64,000 nucleotides of DNA from Candidatus Woesearchaeota archaeon (GTDB lineage: Archaea > Nanobdellota > Nanobdellia > Woesearchaeales > ARS49). The notes beneath the pieces were generated by a model. The model saw nothing but the letters and a program-made list of their open reading frames with translations, ran no database searches and was not told the origin of the DNA. Below are positions 54,255 to 62,974 of this stretch, in pieces. The DNA is taken from assembly GCA_016188265.1 (NCBI GenBank), contig JACPID010000007.1, positions 15,555 through 79,554 of the forward strand. The letters run 5' to 3'. The position numbers were made by a program, and so were the translations under genes. How positions within the stretch are numbered: position 1 is the stretch's first letter; each line of letters opens with the position of its first letter.

Positions 54255-56903
54255 ATGAAGAAAAATTTAATCACACTAAGTTTATGCATCCTTCTTCTTT
54301 TTTCCCTTGTCAATGCTCAAGAATTTATTGAATTAACTGATGATTTTGAAGTATTAAGCCAGCAAACAATTGCAGTATTTCAGTGCGCACCTGCAAGCAC
54401 ATCATTGCTTGTTCAAAATACGGGAGATGTAGAAAGTATATATGATGTGAGCATCGTAGGAGAGCTTGCACAATCAACAATAATTCTCCCAAAACAATTT
54501 AGTTTAAAACCAGGAGAATCTCAAGAATTAAGCGAGCTTATTAATGTTCATTGTGATGCAAAAAATTCAAAATTAAATATTTTTATTAAATCAGATTATA
54601 ACACTAAAAAAAAAATAGTTCAAGATATTGAAGCATTCAAGCCAAATAACATACAGGTTCAAACTGAAGCTAATATAGTGTCAATTAATGCTTGTCAAAA
54701 AGCAACATTTTCTCTAAAATTATTTAATTTAATTAATTTTGTTGAAACTTATAGTTTAAGCATTTCTGATTTTCAGGATAGTGCTGTAATAAATCCTAGC
54801 AAAATTACTCTAAATCCAGGAGAAAGCGCTAATGTTACGCTCGTAGTTGAACATAAGAACTGTAATGAGCGTGGGATTTTACCATTTAAATTAAATATTG
54901 AAACAGAAAAAACAAAATTAACAGGCGAGATTGATCTTTCTCTTAAATTAGTTAATGAGTATAATGTTGAAATTTTAGCAGATGATGTAAAAACAGACAC
55001 AGTTGAATTTAATCATAGCATACTATTAAAAAATAATGGAGAAAAAAAATCAACCATTGAATTAAGGCTTAAAAGTCCTGAATGGGTTAAATTAGAAGAG
55101 CGTTCTGTAAAGTTAGAGCCAGGAGAAAGTAAAAAAGTCAATATTTTAATAAATGCAAAAGAAACTCAAGAAGACAAATATGATGTTGAAATTGTTGCCA
55201 TACTTTTAGAAAATGCTGAAAAATCCCCTAAAAAATCATTCATAATAACTATAAGAAAATTAAGCCTTTTAGGCAAATATGCAAATTACTTTGTAGGGGG
55301 AAGCTTGCTGGTTTTTTCAACATTATTATTTATTTTAACAAAATTTATTAATTATTTAAGAAAAAATAAGAAAAAAAACAAAAAACAAAAACTAATTAGT
55401 GGAAAGAAAAGTAAATTAAAAAGTGTTTTTAAAAAATTATTCTGGACAACTTTTTTAATTATTGCTGTTTTAGCCGCTGCATGGAGCATATATAATTACC
55501 AATCAGAATTATTAAAGTATAAAACTCAAACTATTGCTGCAAGCATTGTTTTAGCAATAGTGTGTACAATTATTAGTTTGCTTTCTATGTTTTTAAGTAG
55601 AAGAAAAAAATCCTTAGAAAATGTTGAAAACGAAATTGTAAAAGATAGTAAAAAAGAATTTTCTCAAATTGATGCTTGGGATAAAAAAGAACAGCCATCT
55701 CAGAGCAAAGTTGAAAATAAAAAATTGCAAAAAAAAGAAATTGTAAGTATTGAAAAAAATAGTTCAAAATGGCTGTGGTTGTTGTTTTTAATCATAATTT
55801 CAGGCTGTGCTATAGCAGTTTGGTATAATCAATGGTTGATTCCATTGGCAAAACAAAACATTTGGAGTTATCAAAAATATTTTGTTGCTAGTTTAACAGT
55901 TTTAATAACTGCATTGCTTGCTTTAATCATGCATAAAACTAATACAAAAAAGAAAGCTTGGAAGATTATTACTGCAAGAGATGAGCATTCTTTCAGTGTT
56001 GGCTGGAATACAGTTCATCACTTATCATTTAGACTTGTAAAAACATTAAAGAAATTTAAAATTTTTATTAAAAAAGGAAAAAAAGAAAGATTTCACATCA
56101 GTCCAGGAAAACATATTTATTCATATTTCAATATAAAAATGAGCGCTTACGAAGATGAAGTTGATGAATTAACCTTGCATTTAAAAGCCAAAAAATCATG
56201 GCTTAAGCAATTAAATATTGATTTACACGTTTCCAGATTTGAACATGGTGAATGGAAGCATGTAAGTGTTGAGCAAGTTAATGAAGATGACAAATTTGCA
56301 TACTTTAAAGCAAAAACATATGCATGCGGGCAGTTTGCTGTTTTCGGCAAAGAAAAACAAGTCGCGGAAAGTGTCGAGGAAAAAAGTATAGAAAAAAGTT
56401 CAGATCAAGCAAAAGAAAAGTCATCTAAAAAACCATTAATTATTTTAGGAGTTTTATTTAGCATTTCATTTATTCTTGTTTTATATTTAGTGTTTACACA
56501 ACAGCCTTTAGCAGAACAAAAAGGAATCCCGCCTCAAACATGGGAAAAAAACGTAATGCACAAACTTGACTTAAATAAATATTTTGAAGATCCTGATAAA
56601 GATAAGCTAGAATTTAGTGTTAATAGAGTTGAAAATATAAAAATTGATTTTACAGAAGGAGTTGCATTTATGATTCCTGATCTTGATTGGATAGGAACAG
56701 AAACAGCAGTATTTACAGCAAATGATGGAAAAGACGGCATTGTTTCAAGCAATCCTGTTAAGCTCACTGTAGAATCATCACAATGGTTTATTTTAAGTAA
56801 AAAATATTGGGTTCAGTTATTAACAGGATTATTGTTATTTTTAATGATTATTTCTTTAATTATTTATAAAGATCCTTTACTAAAATTTTTAGATGAACAA
56901 TAA
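54255..56903 (+). CDS. Large multi-domain surface/membrane protein with PGF-pre-PGF-like and cadherin-like Ig domains
   Basis: Signal peptide and three CARDB/NEW3-like domains (LNPGESANVTLVV, LEPGESKKVNILI). Several internal TM helices are separated by Lys-rich linkers. A pre-PGF-like block is present (YSYFNIKM...KKSWLKQLNIDLHVSRFEHGEWKHV...YFKAKTYACGQFAVFGK). An Ig-like block (YFEDPDKDKLEFS...FTANDGKDG) and a C-terminal TM helix follow. Confidence 0.6.
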   Translation: MKKNLITLSLCILLLFSLVNAQEFIELTDDFEVLSQQTIAVFQCAPASTSLLVQNTGDVESIYDVSIVGELAQSTIILPKQFSLKPGESQELSELINVHCDAKNSKLNIFIKSDYNTKKKIVQDIEAFKPNNIQVQTEANIVSINACQKATFSLKLFNLINFVETYSLSISDFQDSAVINPSKITLNPGESANVTLVVEHKNCNERGILPFKLNIETEKTKLTGEIDLSLKLVNEYNVEILADDVKTDTVEFNHSILLKNNGEKKSTIELRLKSPEWVKLEERSVKLEPGESKKVNILINAKETQEDKYDVEIVAILLENAEKSPKKSFIITIRKLSLLGKYANYFVGGSLLVFSTLLFILTKFINYLRKNKKKNKKQKLISGKKSKLKSVFKKLFWTTFLIIAVLAAAWSIYNYQSELLKYKTQTIAASIVLAIVCTIISLLSMFLSRRKKSLENVENEIVKDSKKEFSQIDAWDKKEQPSQSKVENKKLQKKEIVSIEKNSSKWLWLLFLIIISGCAIAVWYNQWLIPLAKQNIWSYQKYFVASLTVLITALLALIMHKTNTKKKAWKIITARDEHSFSVGWNTVHHLSFRLVKTLKKFKIFIKKGKKERFHISPGKHIYSYFNIKMSAYEDEVDELTLHLKAKKSWLKQLNIDLHVSRFEHGEWKHVSVEQVNEDDKFAYFKAKTYACGQFAVFGKEKQVAESVEEKSIEKSSDQAKEKSSKKPLIILGVLFSISFILVLYLVFTQQPLAEQKGIPPQTWEKNVMHKLDLNKYFEDPDKDKLEFSVNRVENIKIDFTEGVAFMIPDLDWIGTETAVFTANDGKDGIVSSNPVKLTVESSQWFILSKKYWVQLLTGLLLFLMIISLIIYKDPLLKFLDEQ

Positions 56904-56914
56904 GGGCTGTGCTT

Positions 56915-58042
56915 CTACAAAATACTCACTATTTCTAATAACGCTCCAATAATAAACACACTAGCTATTAACCAGTATAAAAATTTAGGAATTTTGATAT
57001 AATATTCTGGTTTTTTTTGAAAACATTTTTTTGCGCTAATATGCATAAATACAATAAGTATTCCTGCAAGCCCTCCTGAAACTGCTCCTGTTATGCTTAA
57101 AATTTTTGTAAAATCCTGAAATCCAAATATGTATAATGCAAATGGAACTGCAATAGTTAAAATCCACGCCCAAAATTTATTAAATTTATAATCATACAGG
57201 TACATTTGCTTTAAAGCAAAACCCAAAGCTATGAAAGAAGTTGCAAGTGTAAAAAATGCAAATAAATTAAATAAAAAAACAGACCAGGATCCATAAATCA
57301 TTCCTATGCCGATAGTTGCTACTTGTGTTGTTGCGCTTCCTAAAACACCAAGAACTGAAAAAAGAAATAATGCATAGATAATTATAGGAATAGCAGATCC
57401 CCATAAAATCGCACTTTTGTAGAGTTTGTGATTTTTTAATTCAAGCCATAATTGAGGCATTGAAGCAGTACCCAAATACGCAAAAAGCACTATACCGTAT
57501 GGAATGAAAATTTTTGAAAATGAGAATTGTTGTAAATTTTCAAAATCAAATTGTGGTGAAGCACCAAGCGCTAATATTATTATGAGTAAAATAAAGAATT
57601 CTATAATAATCATGTAAAGTTCTGATCTTTCCAGCGCTTCAATTCCACCATAAATAATTGCACTTGCAATTATAAAAAAAATAAAAGCCCAGAAATAAGT
57701 TGTTCCGCCAAATATTGCGTTAAGAACTTGGCCTTCACCAACAATATACGCAAGTAAAGCGCCATAAATACCAATAATCATTGATAAAGCCATTAATTCT
57801 TTGCCAAATTTACCTAAATAAATTGATGCATAGCCTGTTAATTGATGTTTTCCTTTAGTTCTAGCAACAACTTCACCGAGTAAAAGATTAACAAGCATCA
57901 TAACTGCTCCAAGAACAACTATCACAATTAAAGTTGTTAAAAACCCAGCTTTAGCTGCTACATATGGAATACCAAGTATTCCTGCCCCAATAATTGCGCC
58001 TACAAGTGTAGCAATAGCAGCAAAAAAATGATAACTTTTCAT
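56915..58042 (-). CDS. Amino acid permease (aromatic amino acid/Trp-Tyr permease-like)
   Basis: About 11 TM helices and the N-terminal motif AIATLVGAIIGAGILGIPYV. ATG at 58042 with an AGGTG SD preferred over GTG at 58048. Confidence 0.7.
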   Translation of the reverse strand: MKSYHFFAAIATLVGAIIGAGILGIPYVAAKAGFLTTLIVIVVLGAVMMLVNLLLGEVVARTKGKHQLTGYASIYLGKFGKELMALSMIIGIYGALLAYIVGEGQVLNAIFGGTTYFWAFIFFIIASAIIYGGIEALERSELYMIIIEFFILLIIILALGASPQFDFENLQQFSFSKIFIPYGIVLFAYLGTASMPQLWLELKNHKLYKSAILWGSAIPIIIYALFLFSVLGVLGSATTQVATIGIGMIYGSWSVFLFNLFAFFTLATSFIALGFALKQMYLYDYKFNKFWAWILTIAVPFALYIFGFQDFTKILSITGAVSGGLAGILIVFMHISAKKCFQKKPEYYIKIPKFLYWLIASVFIIGALLEIVSIL

Positions 58043-58095
58043 ACACACCTCTTTAAACTTAACTTTGGTTAAATAAAATTTAGATGAGTATGTAT

Positions 58096-58746
58096 TTAAA
58101 GATATTGTGTAGGATCTACTCCTGCTTGTTCTAAGAATTGCCTAATAGCTTCTTCATGAAGAACTTCTTCATTTTTCAGGCCATCTGCTAAATTATTATT
58201 ATCTTTATACTTTTTTATACTTGAAACAGGCGTATCAAATAAACAGCCAAACATTTCACTTATTAAATATACTAATTCTTTTTCACAAAATTCTCCTTCT
58301 TTATCAGGATGTTTCTGAACAACTTCCAAACCTGAGAATAATTCAGGATTATTTTCCCTCATTATAGCTGCGCTTCCAGAAAATAAAACAATTTTTCCTT
58401 GATAACTAGATCTTAAAGAATTATAAATTTGTCCAAAATAATTATTAATAAAATCAATATGAGCTTGAGTAAAATTAGATTCATTGCCAGCTAAAACAAC
58501 TGCTAAATCAATACCATCAAAAACACAACCATTTTCAATTAGATCATCTTTGCCAAAATGAAAATGATTGTCAAGAATAACTAAATCATAAGAAGTGTTA
58601 TGCTCGTGAGCATCAAGAAGCAGTTCAACAGCATCTTCAATATTACTTACGAAATTATAAGAAATATTACTCTTAGCAAAATGATCTAGCAATGCTTCTA
58701 CATTATCAGGCTCATCATCTATTACCAATACCTTTTTTTCCAGCAT
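58096..58746 (-). CDS. Receiver (CheY-like) domain protein with insertion and no recognisable output domain
   Basis: KVLVIDDEPDN (acidic pair) and DLVILDNHF (phospho-acceptor position). 216 aa. No kinase gene in the window. Confidence 0.5.
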   Translation of the reverse strand: MLEKKVLVIDDEPDNVEALLDHFAKSNISYNFVSNIEDAVELLLDAHEHNTSYDLVILDNHFHFGKDDLIENGCVFDGIDLAVVLAGNESNFTQAHIDFINNYFGQIYNSLRSSYQGKIVLFSGSAAIMRENNPELFSGLEVVQKHPDKEGEFCEKELVYLISEMFGCLFDTPVSSIKKYKDNNNLADGLKNEEVLHEEAIRQFLEQAGVDPTQYL

Positions 58747-59030
58747 ATCAATCCTCAGATAGAATTATTATAATCAAAACCAGTATATAAATGTTTTGAT
58801 ATAGATACTACTAAATAGTAGTTAAACACTTGACACTTTTAGAAGAACTAAACCTGAGTTTACGAGTTAGCAAGCGTTTGTAAATTTTCTTGAATTTTGT
58901 TTGCTCTACTTTTGCATTTTATATATAATTTAGCAAAAGCTTAGGTTTGCAAAGGTTTAAATTAATAGAGCGATCATAAAATCAAAAGCATATACTAATA
59001 TTTATATACTTCTTTTTTTTAGATTTGTTT

Positions 59031-59378
59031 ATGAAATCTTACAAGCAAGTTATCCTTGTTAGGCAAGATTTGAAGTTGTCTAAAGGAAAAATGAGCGCTC
59101 AAGTAGCTCATGCTTCAGTGGATGCTTTATTAAAATCACATAAAGACATTATTAGTGAGTGGCATGAACAAGGCATGAAAAAAAGTGTTTTGAAAGTTAA
59201 AGATGAAAAAGAACTTTTTGAGTATAAACAAAAAGCAGAAGATGCAGGATTATTAACTGCGCTTGTAATTGATGCTGGACATACTGAAATACCTGCAGAA
59301 ACTAAAACTTGTTTAGGGATCGGCCCTGATGAAGAATCAAAAATTGACAAAGTAACTGGAAGATTAAAGCTTGCATGA
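59031..59378 (+). CDS. pth2: Peptidyl-tRNA hydrolase, archaeal/eukaryotic type (Pth2)
   Basis: KQVILVRQDLKLSKGKMSAQVAHAS ... DAGHTEIPAETKTCLGIGP. Confidence 0.9.
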   Translation: MKSYKQVILVRQDLKLSKGKMSAQVAHASVDALLKSHKDIISEWHEQGMKKSVLKVKDEKELFEYKQKAEDAGLLTALVIDAGHTEIPAETKTCLGIGPDEESKIDKVTGRLKLA

Positions 59379-59968
59379 TAAAAAAAATAATTCAAGGAAT
59401 ATTGCTTGTTATTTTTCCATTGCTTGTTTTGCTTTTTTCAACATTTCTTTTTTTATTAAACTGGCCAACACATGAAGAATTTTTATTAAAGTATACAAAG
59501 GCAGAAGATGGGCTCATTGTTGGAAAACAAGTTCTTGAATACTTGAAAAACAAAGATACAAGTATTCCTTTTTTTCAAGAATTTACACAAGTTGAAAATG
59601 AACACATGCAAGAAGTCAAAACAGTTATTCAAAAAGTCAGCTTATTATTTGCTTTGTTAATTTTCTTCTTTAGCATTAGTGTGTGGTTTGTTAATTCTAG
59701 AGATGTTTTTTTTTATGGAAGTTTATTCGCTATTATTATATGTTTGTTATTTTTGATTTTGCCTTTTTCATTATTATTCACAGAATTTCACAAGCCATTA
59801 TTTTCAAAGCAGTGGATGTTTTCTGCAGATTCAAAAATAATCCAAGTTTTTTCACTTGAATTTTTTCAAGCATTTACTTCAAGAATATTTAGCCATGCTC
59901 TTGGAATGTTTATGATAATCTTGATCATGTCAAGTCCATTATTTCATAATAAGCAGCAATGTTTATAA
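59375..59968 (+). CDS. DUF1461-like integral membrane protein (family of bacterial Lit lipoprotein transacylase)
   Basis: 197 aa, 4 TM helices, ENEHMQEVKTVI and FHKPLFSKQWMFSADSKIIQVFSLEFFQ blocks as remembered for DUF1461/TIGR01906. ATGA-coupled to pth2. Confidence 0.45.
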   Translation: MIKKIIQGILLVIFPLLVLLFSTFLFLLNWPTHEEFLLKYTKAEDGLIVGKQVLEYLKNKDTSIPFFQEFTQVENEHMQEVKTVIQKVSLLFALLIFFFSISVWFVNSRDVFFYGSLFAIIICLLFLILPFSLLFTEFHKPLFSKQWMFSADSKIIQVFSLEFFQAFTSRIFSHALGMFMIILIMSSPLFHNKQQCL

Positions 59969-59992
59969 AATGAAAAGGATTAATTTACATGG

Positions 59993-60952
59993 ATGAGGGG
60001 GTTAAAACTGATTTTACTGGTAGCAGTATTTCTTTTAATAGCATCTTGTAAACAAGAAACTATTGAATGTGCTCCTTTAGATGAATCTGAGTTTGAATTT
60101 TTACAATTAGATAACATAACTTCTTCACCAGCCCCAAGTACTGTGATTGAAGTTATTGATAACAACACTGTTGAAAAAGTTTCTGATAAATGGCCTGCAA
60201 AGATACAACTAGAACCTATTGTTAAAAAGTTTGTTGAAGGAGACTTGGTTTCTTTTCAAAATATTAAAATAAAAAATCTTGACAATGCAACAAATTACAC
60301 ATTTACAGAACCATTAAATAAGTTCGGGCAGTGGCAAACTAGAATAGGGGATGCAGGAGAGTACACTGTATTTATTACTGCTAATAATGAGCTAGATTTA
60401 GTAATACAAGAAGTATTGCTTGTTATTAAACCAAAAAATACACTTCCAAAAGTGAAACTTGATAGTTTTAAAGCTGTTGAAGGAGAAATAATAACTTTAA
60501 ATCCAAGAATAAGCGATCAAGATGGTGATGTTGTTACAGTTGAGTATTTTCCTCCATTTAATTCACAAGGAGTATGGCAAACTAGAATAGGGGATGCAGG
60601 TGAGTATACAGCTAAAGTTATAGTACGTGATGGATTTGAAGAAGTGATTTTTGAAACACTTGTAACAGTTATATCTCTAAATCACCCTCCTATTATAACA
60701 CTGGAAAATAATCCTGTTTATGTTAAAGAAAATCAAACAATAATATTAAACCCGGTTGTTACAGATCTTGATAAAGATGAAATTATAATAACTTATTTTG
60801 GCTGGATGAATGAATCAAGTAAACAAACAAGTTTTTATGATGCCGGAACTTATCAAGTTGTTATTAAAGCAAGCGATGGTAAAGATGAAGTTCAGGAGAA
60901 TGTAGTAATTATTGTTGAAGATGTTAATAGAATGCCTGTTTTTAATGTATAG
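59993..60952 (+). CDS. Lipobox-bearing surface protein with three cadherin/PKD-like Ig repeats
   Basis: MRGLKLILLVAVFLLIASC lipobox. Repeats end in WQTRIGDAGEYTV.., WQTRIGDAGEYTA.., SFYDAGTYQVVIKASDG...VEDVNRMP. Confidence 0.7.
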   Translation: MRGLKLILLVAVFLLIASCKQETIECAPLDESEFEFLQLDNITSSPAPSTVIEVIDNNTVEKVSDKWPAKIQLEPIVKKFVEGDLVSFQNIKIKNLDNATNYTFTEPLNKFGQWQTRIGDAGEYTVFITANNELDLVIQEVLLVIKPKNTLPKVKLDSFKAVEGEIITLNPRISDQDGDVVTVEYFPPFNSQGVWQTRIGDAGEYTAKVIVRDGFEEVIFETLVTVISLNHPPIITLENNPVYVKENQTIILNPVVTDLDKDEIIITYFGWMNESSKQTSFYDAGTYQVVIKASDGKDEVQENVVIIVEDVNRMPVFNV

Positions 60953-61828
60953 TTGAGACTGAGCACTGCATTTTTAGTTCTTTTATTTGCAAGTATTACT
61001 GATATTAAAACAAGAGAAGTGCCTGACTGGTTAAGCTATGGCGCGATTATATTTGGCAGTTTATTAAGAGTTGGCTGGTCTTTTTATGACTTATCATGGC
61101 AGCCATTAATTGAAGGAATAATAGGTTTTGGAATATTCTTTGCAATAGCGTGTGTATTTTATTATTTAGGACAATGGGGCGGAGGCGATGCAAAAGTATT
61201 GATGGCTTTAGGAGTGTTTTTTGGATTTCAAACAAATGTTGATGCTATTATCATATCATTTTTTGTAAATCTGGTATTTGTAGGCGCAATTTATAGTATT
61301 TTAATTGTAGGAGCACTCGCACTACATGCTTATTCAAAAGTTGTTTATCAAATAAAAAAAATGTACAAAAACAGTTATGGACAAATTGTTTTAGGTTTAA
61401 GAACCGGACTTATTTTAAGTCTAGCAATATTGTCAATAGCACTATTTATTCCAAAAGATATCAGATTAATTGCATTATTATTAATTATATTTTCATGGCT
61501 GTTTTTTTATTTAGCAGTTGTAATAAGAGCAGTTGAATATGGAGTAATGCGTAAAAAAATCTCACCAGAATTGTTAACAGAAGGAGACTGGGTTGTAAAA
61601 GATATAATTGTTAGTGGAAAAAGAATTTGCGGGCCTAAAGATTTAGGTGTTAGTAAAGAACAAATAAAAGAATTAATAAAATTAAAGAAAAAAGGCAAAA
61701 TAAAAAATGTTCTGATGAAAACAGGAATACCATTTATTCCAAGTTTTTTCTTAGCATACTTGGTAACGCTATTTTATGGAAACATATTGGTTGAGTTATT
61801 AAAATTTATTTTAAGGCAACCTTTCTAA
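60953..61828 (+). CDS. Type IV prepilin/preflagellin peptidase (A24 family, PibD/FlaK-like)
   Basis: ITDIKTREVPDWL and QWGGGDAKVLMALG (two catalytic Asp motifs), plus a C-terminal extra domain. TTG start. Confidence 0.8.
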   Translation: MRLSTAFLVLLFASITDIKTREVPDWLSYGAIIFGSLLRVGWSFYDLSWQPLIEGIIGFGIFFAIACVFYYLGQWGGGDAKVLMALGVFFGFQTNVDAIIISFFVNLVFVGAIYSILIVGALALHAYSKVVYQIKKMYKNSYGQIVLGLRTGLILSLAILSIALFIPKDIRLIALLLIIFSWLFFYLAVVIRAVEYGVMRKKISPELLTEGDWVVKDIIVSGKRICGPKDLGVSKEQIKELIKLKKKGKIKNVLMKTGIPFIPSFFLAYLVTLFYGNILVELLKFILRQPF

Positions 61829-62317
61829 TTCTTTTTCTAAATAATCTTCAGTTTCTTCTTCTTTTTTTTCTATTACTTTTTCTTGTTTTTCTTCTTCAAA
61901 AAAACCTATGAGTTTTGTTTGTTCTAATAGTTTTTCTTCAGCATCATTTATTTCTTCTGGTGATGCTTGTTTAGGCTCCCATAATAATTGTAATCCATCA
62001 TTTTTTTTTCTAGGAATAACGTGAATCATGCAATGACTTGATTTTTGGCCTGCAGCAACACCATTTTGAATCATGATGTTAGTGCCTTGTGATTGCAGTA
62101 ATTGAAACGCAATTATTGAAAATTTATTTGCAACACTAAATAATTCAGGCATTACAAAATCAGGGATATCTTCAAGAATAGCATGATGTTTTTTTGGAAG
62201 GACAATAATGTGGCCCGGGCTTGCAGGCTTAGGATGCATTAAAGCAATAACTTTATCACTTTTATAAACCAAGCCCTTTTTTTCTTTAATTAATCCACAA
62301 ATATTACACTCAATCAT
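61811..62317 (-). CDS. HIT-family-like protein, atypical triad (H-x-M-x-H)
   Basis: CNICGLI, PASPGHIIVLPKKH, GQKSSHCMIHVIPR. Acidic/Lys-rich C-terminal tail. Confidence 0.75.
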   Translation of the reverse strand: MIECNICGLIKEKKGLVYKSDKVIALMHPKPASPGHIIVLPKKHHAILEDIPDFVMPELFSVANKFSIIAFQLLQSQGTNIMIQNGVAAGQKSSHCMIHVIPRKKNDGLQLLWEPKQASPEEINDAEEKLLEQTKLIGFFEEEKQEKVIEKKEEETEDYLEKELERLP

Positions 62318-62892
62318 TTGCCAGTTAAGAAGCTGGCAATATCATCTAAAGATGCTTCTTCCTCATTGTTTTTTTCTTTAACACGAACTTCACTATTTTC
62401 CTCTTTGTTTTCTTTTTTTCTTTCTTCAAATGATTTTCCAAAAACTTGTTCAGCACCTTTCAAGAAAGCATTTTGTATTTTTTCTTGAACTTCTGATTGT
62501 ATTTGTCCTTCTGGCAGTGTAATTCCTAAGCCATCATCTTCTATTCTAGGAATAATATGCATCATGAAATGTTGAGCACGCTGGCCTGCAGTAGGGCCGT
62601 TGGCTATGAATATACTAGTACCTTGTGCTTGAAAAGCTCTAAGAGACGCACGAGACAAAGCTTTAGCGACTTTTCCAAGATTCTCAATAACATTTTCAGG
62701 AATCTGAGGCATAACACTATAATGTTCTTTTGTTAGAACAAGCATATGGCCTTTACTAGCAGGATTAATATCAAGAACAGCAATAAAATTTTCATCCTCA
62801 AAAACCCTCTTAGAAGGAACTTCTCCAGATATAATCTGGCAAAAAATACACTGCTGCTTTACTTCTTCAAGAGAAGGCTGTTGTTCTGTCAT
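62314..62892 (-). CDS. HIT-family-like protein, atypical triad (H-x-M-x-H)
   Basis: CIFCQIISGE, PASKGHMLVLTKEH, GQRAQHFMMHIIPR. Charged C-terminal tail. 4-nt overlap with its paralog. Confidence 0.75.
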   Translation of the reverse strand: MTEQQPSLEEVKQQCIFCQIISGEVPSKRVFEDENFIAVLDINPASKGHMLVLTKEHYSVMPQIPENVIENLGKVAKALSRASLRAFQAQGTSIFIANGPTAGQRAQHFMMHIIPRIEDDGLGITLPEGQIQSEVQEKIQNAFLKGAEQVFGKSFEERKKENKEENSEVRVKEKNNEEEASLDDIASFLTGK

Positions 62893-62974
62893 AATTTATG
62901 CTCAATATTAATTTATTTTTAAAGGTTTGTGATAGAAACCTTAATAAATAAGATAAATTCTAAAATAACAAAAG

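Noticed and set aside
55330-55800. Lys-rich/AAA-rich tract in the 882-aa gene as a slippery or frameshift site or low-complexity repeat element
   Set aside because: The reading frame is continuous and the tract encodes plausible juxtamembrane poly-Lys linkers. There is no evidence of a second frame continuing.
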